Source: an uncultured Methanobrevibacter sp. (lineage in GTDB: Archaea; Methanobacteriota; Methanobacteria; Methanobacteriales; Methanobacteriaceae). From it: a stretch of DNA of 32,000 bases. The position numbers and the translations under genes are program-made. The notes beneath the pieces are model-generated. The model was not told the origin of the DNA. It made no database searches and worked only from the letters and a program-made list of their open reading frames with translations. Of this stretch, positions 28,813 to 32,000 are shown in pieces (the first letter of the stretch is position 1; the number at the start of each line of letters is the position of its first letter). The stretch is from contig NZ_CAJOKH010000025.1 of the NCBI RefSeq assembly GCF_905235195.1, positions 2,852-34,851 on the forward strand, given 5' to 3'.

Positions 28813-29949
28813 CTAATCACCCCCATATCTATCAGCATAAAAATCTTTAACACTATTTTCTGCATCTTCAAGATTATCCTTAGATAATTCATCAAATAAA
28901 TCAATGGTGAAAGTTACCACTTTTTCTCCTTCATCTTCTAACTTATCCTTAATTAATCTATTAATATTAATTGGTCCTGGATTATAATCAATATTGTCCT
29001 TATCATTCTCTTTGAAATCAAATGTTGGCCTATAAGATAAGGATAAATCTGAAAGTTCTTTGTTTAAATATTCATAAACTTCACTACTTGTAAAGTCACT
29101 ACCAAAAACATTTATATTAATAATTGGTTTTAATTCAAGTTTACTGATTTGGTCTGTTAATTTAGGTATTTCAGTGTAAAGGTTCTTATAGTCAACATTA
29201 ACATTAATGAATTTACGTGGCAAATCAACAGAAATTCTTTCAGTTTCTACATGACCGTCATCCATTTCAACAAGAACAAAACCTTTACCATTAATATTAT
29301 AATCATTTAATTCATTTGACTTCCAAATCTCAGTAGAACCGGGATATACTAAACGACCTTCACCATAAGAATCATTAATATAATTATGTAAATGACCCAT
29401 TGCATAATAATTAAAATTAGTTGGAATATCTCCAATTTCAAGCTCACATTGTGGAATATACTTGTCTATACCTTGATGCAATACTAAAATTTTATTTGTA
29501 GAACCTTTAGCTTTTTTAGATAAGGTTTCTAATTTTTCTTTAATTGCTAAATTTCTATTTTGAGGCATATATGGCACTCCACCAATAAAGTAATCTTCTT
29601 CTTTAAAATAAGGTTTAATAGGACTAATTAGTTTTATACCATTATCTCGAAATAGTACTTGGGGAGGTATTGGATTAACTCTGCGTGATAGGTCATGGTT
29701 ACCTGCAATGGCATAAAATGGAATACCTGCATTAGTTAATTTATTAATTTCTTTTTGTACTACTATAAGTGCATCTGTAGATGGACGTGAACTATCAAAC
29801 AAATCACCACTATGAATAACAAAATCCAAATCTAATTTTATAATCTTATCTATAATCCTTTCAAATCCGTTATAAAAATCTTTTTCACGGTCAATTAAAC
29901 CATACTGCCTATAACCTAAATGAGTATCAGATAAGTGTGCAAATCTCAT
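28813..29949 (-). CDS. mre11: DNA double-strand break repair nuclease Mre11
   Basis: Calcineurin-like phosphoesterase motifs are present: HLSDTHLG, GDLFD, GNHD, HQG and GHLH. The track ORF starts at TTG 29964. I prefer ATG 29949-29947 (MRFAHLSDTHLG), which matches the usual Mre11 N-terminus. Confidence 0.93.
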   Translation of the reverse strand: MRFAHLSDTHLGYRQYGLIDREKDFYNGFERIIDKIIKLDLDFVIHSGDLFDSSRPSTDALIVVQKEINKLTNAGIPFYAIAGNHDLSRRVNPIPPQVLFRDNGIKLISPIKPYFKEEDYFIGGVPYMPQNRNLAIKEKLETLSKKAKGSTNKILVLHQGIDKYIPQCELEIGDIPTNFNYYAMGHLHNYINDSYGEGRLVYPGSTEIWKSNELNDYNINGKGFVLVEMDDGHVETERISVDLPRKFINVNVDYKNLYTEIPKLTDQISKLELKPIININVFGSDFTSSEVYEYLNKELSDLSLSYRPTFDFKENDKDNIDYNPGPININRLIKDKLEDEGEKVVTFTIDLFDELSKDNLEDAENSVKDFYADRYGGD

Positions 29950-30152
29950 GATATCCCTAAACAAAACTTTTTATAGTAAATTAAGTATTTAATTAAATAG
30001 TAATACAAAATAATTTAATCTCTAAAGAAATTTTCTAATTAAAAAATAAGAATAAATATAATAATTAAAATTTCTTGAAATTAATAATTAATTATAATTT
30101 TATTAAAATCTACATATAAAATTTATTAAACATATTATAGAATTTTAAATAT

Positions 30153-31400
30153 ATTTAGGGGCCTGAATTTTTTCGAAGAAAATTAGCTATAATTGCCATT
30201 ATTTTTATAATTTACCATGTCATTATATTATAGCTTCTAAAAATACAAATTAAAATAGTTTTTTTAATAAAAAAGGTTTTTAAATCCTTAAATTTAAATA
30301 ATATGTGTTATATATATTTATTTGGAGATAAAAATGAAACACAAAATAAATTTAGATATTAAAGACCCAAATTATACATTGTGAAAGAGATATTTAAAAT
30401 TATGGATTGCAGAGAATCTTCTGAAATTTTAGCTTCTTGTGGTTTTAAAAACATTGATAAACAAGTATTTACTTTAAATCATATTTATCAGTATGTTCTT
30501 TGGTTTAGACATTCCATTCATATTGTATGAGCTTGAATCTAAAGAAAAACTTCGTAAATAATTTAATATTTCTGAAGTTTAAAGTGCTGATCAAGTTTAT
30601 AAAAATTTTTCACAACAGGACTCAGAAAAACTTGTTAAAGCATTAAATCCTATCTTAAATTCAAGAAATCGTGTTAAAAGAAGAGGAAAAAATATTTTCA
30701 TTGTTTATGCTACACCTATGGACTTGGATATTAATTTTCATAGAAATAAAAAGACTAAATAATATCTCAAATCATTGAATTTAAAATGGAGTTATTCTTC
30801 TAAAGGATTTTATATTGGATTTAAAGAACTGTTATAATTGATTTCGATAATATGAACCCTGTTTCTATTTTAATCCATTCTGGATTCCAAATGATGGAAA
30901 ACTTTTTGACGAAATTATGGAAAATCTTCAAAAACAGACGTATTATTCAAAAAAGAGATACATTAATTTTTGACAAAGCTATTACAGCTATAAAAACTAC
31001 CAATTGGAATTAGCAAATATAAATCATTCATTTTATTCTCGCAAAAGACAATTTCAAAAGAAACAAACTAAATGACCAATTATCCTACCCATTATCATCA
31101 TTTATGAAAAAATAAAATTAAAAATGAAAAAAGATTTTTTAAGATTCTAAAAGATGAATTATTAAAAAAATTAGATAAATGGAAAAACTTCAAACCAATT
31201 AGAGTATAAATAGAAGATTTTTTTAAATTACTAAAACAAGGACTTAATTTAAGAGAAATTCATAAATATACACCAAAATCTGTTGAAAAAACAGTATATC
31301 TAAATGTATTTTAAGAGCATTAATTATATCACAAGGATTTAAATCAAAAACAGCCATACAACAATTATCTGAAAAATTGAAAAATTCAGAACCCCTAAAT
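30153..31400 (+). mobile_element. Decayed insertion sequence (IS4/IS5-superfamily DDE transposase pseudogene) with imperfect ~22-bp terminal inverted repeats
   Basis: IR-L at 30153-30174 is ATTTAGGGGCCTGAATTTTTTC. The reverse complement of IR-R at 31379-31400 is ATTTAGGGGTTCTGAATTTTTC. The internal reading frame from ATG 30335 shows transposase-like stretches (IFIVYATPMDLD; NDGKLFDEIMENLQK; a D-K-x-YYSYKNY-like segment; R-x3-E-x6-K in IRV*IEDFFKLLK). These are interrupted by more than a dozen stop codons and several frame changes. Confidence 0.7.
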
Positions 31401-31623
31401 AAGATTTTTATCTAAGTTTCTCATATGAAAAAATCTAGCATCTTATATTTTTAAATTGTATTTTTTTTTAGAATGAATAATTAATGAGGTTCTAAATTAA
31501 TGAAATATCTTTGTGGAGTTAATATTTTTAATGTAAATTTCCAAAGGGCCTAAATTATTTTTAAGCACAAAAAATTAAGAAAATTAATCTTTTTTTTTAG
31601 ATTATAAGATTTTTAAAAAAATA

Positions 31624-31661
31624 GAAAAAAAATTAAGAGTTTATTATAATAAAACTCTTAA
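31624..31661 (-). terminator. Hairpin + oligo-T terminator-like element downstream of the adhesin-like gene
   Basis: A perfect 10-bp stem (31633-31642 ttaagagttt / 31652-31661 aaactcttaa) with a 9-nt loop. On the minus strand it is followed by T8 (complement of 31625-31632). It sits 19 nt after the stop at 31680. Confidence 0.5.
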
Positions 31662-31679
31662 AATATTATATAATTTTTT

Positions 31680-32000
31680 TTATGGTTTTACAGTTATTTT
31701 AACTTTTTTTGTTACTTTATTGTAGTAATGGTTTCCTGTAGATGTTATAACTGCATTGTATGTACCTGTTTTCTTAAGATTTCTTATTGTAAATGTTGCT
31801 TGACCTTTACTATTAGTTTTAGTAGTATATGTTTTACCGTTAATTTTTATTGTAACTTTTTTGTTTTTTACTATTTTGTTTTGGTTCATTAATCTTACAA
31901 CATATTTTTTAGCTTTTACTTTAAGTTTATAGCTTGCTGATTTTGCAGTTATTTTTGGAGTAGCCTTTTTAACTGTAACTTTTCCTAATGCTGATGAAGC
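31680..32000 (-). CDS. Adhesin-like protein, C-terminal end (partial; continues beyond the window end)
   Basis: The reading frame stays open from 32000 down to the stop at 31680; the M at 31889 in the track is internal. The Lys/Thr-rich Ig-like repeat sequence (KKVTIKINGKTYTTKTNSKGQATFTIRNLKKTGTYNAVITSTGNHYYNKVTKKVKITVKP) is characteristic of Methanobrevibacter/Methanosphaera adhesin-like proteins. Confidence 0.7.
   Translation of the reverse strand, partial: ASSALGKVTVKKATPKITAKSASYKLKVKAKKYVVRLMNQNKIVKNKKVTIKINGKTYTTKTNSKGQATFTIRNLKKTGTYNAVITSTGNHYYNKVTKKVKITVKP

Noticed and set aside
30335-31400. Many in-frame stops in the transposase as a sign of an alternative genetic code or recoding
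   Set aside because: All three stop codons occur, frame changes are also needed, and every other gene in the window uses the standard code. This is ordinary pseudogene decay.

Overview
This is a very AT-rich archaeal window. The gene content points to Methanobacteriales, of the Methanosphaera/Methanobrevibacter type: bacterial-type UvrA/UvrB, two Mur-ligase-family (pseudomurein-type) genes, Rad50-Mre11, and an adhesin-like repeat protein. That taxonomic call is inference from gene content only.

Gene order:
- 1-504 (-): decayed SulP permease.
- 758-4319 (-): DUF169 protein, a 14-TMS MFS transporter, and a membrane protein with a K-channel-like pore loop.
- 4766-9855 (-): uvrA and uvrB.
- 10083-13231 (-): a small ORF and a large MrfA/YprA-type DExH helicase with a DUF1998 Cys cluster and a C-terminal TPR.
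- 13448-13645 (+): PspC-domain protein.
- 13756-17841 (+): a frameshifted UvrD-like SF1 helicase followed by a Cas4/AddB-type Fe-S PD-(D/E)XK nuclease.
- 17949-19068 (-): two translationally coupled paralogous coiled-coil proteins.
- 19405-20768 (-): two paralogous regulators with a Rossmann-like N-terminal domain and a wHTH.
- about 20915-21285: an alternating, roughly 53-bp tandem repeat array.
- 21311-25219 (-): a MobA-like nucleotidyltransferase and two Mur-ligase homologues.
- 25494-25910 (+): a small TIR-like (MTH538/DUF1863-like) protein.
- 26029-29949 (-): rad50 and mre11.
- 30153-31400: a heavily decayed DDE insertion sequence whose inverted repeats are still recognisable.
- 31680-32000 (-): the C-terminus of an adhesin-like protein, with a hairpin plus T8 terminator.

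No tRNA, rRNA or CRISPR array was seen.

The most interesting stretch is 13.7-21.3 kb. It combines the helicase-nuclease pair, the paired coiled-coil genes, the paired sensor-like regulators and the two-flavour repeat array. I cannot assign this combination to any described system. All homology calls come from motif reading by eye and need profile searches.
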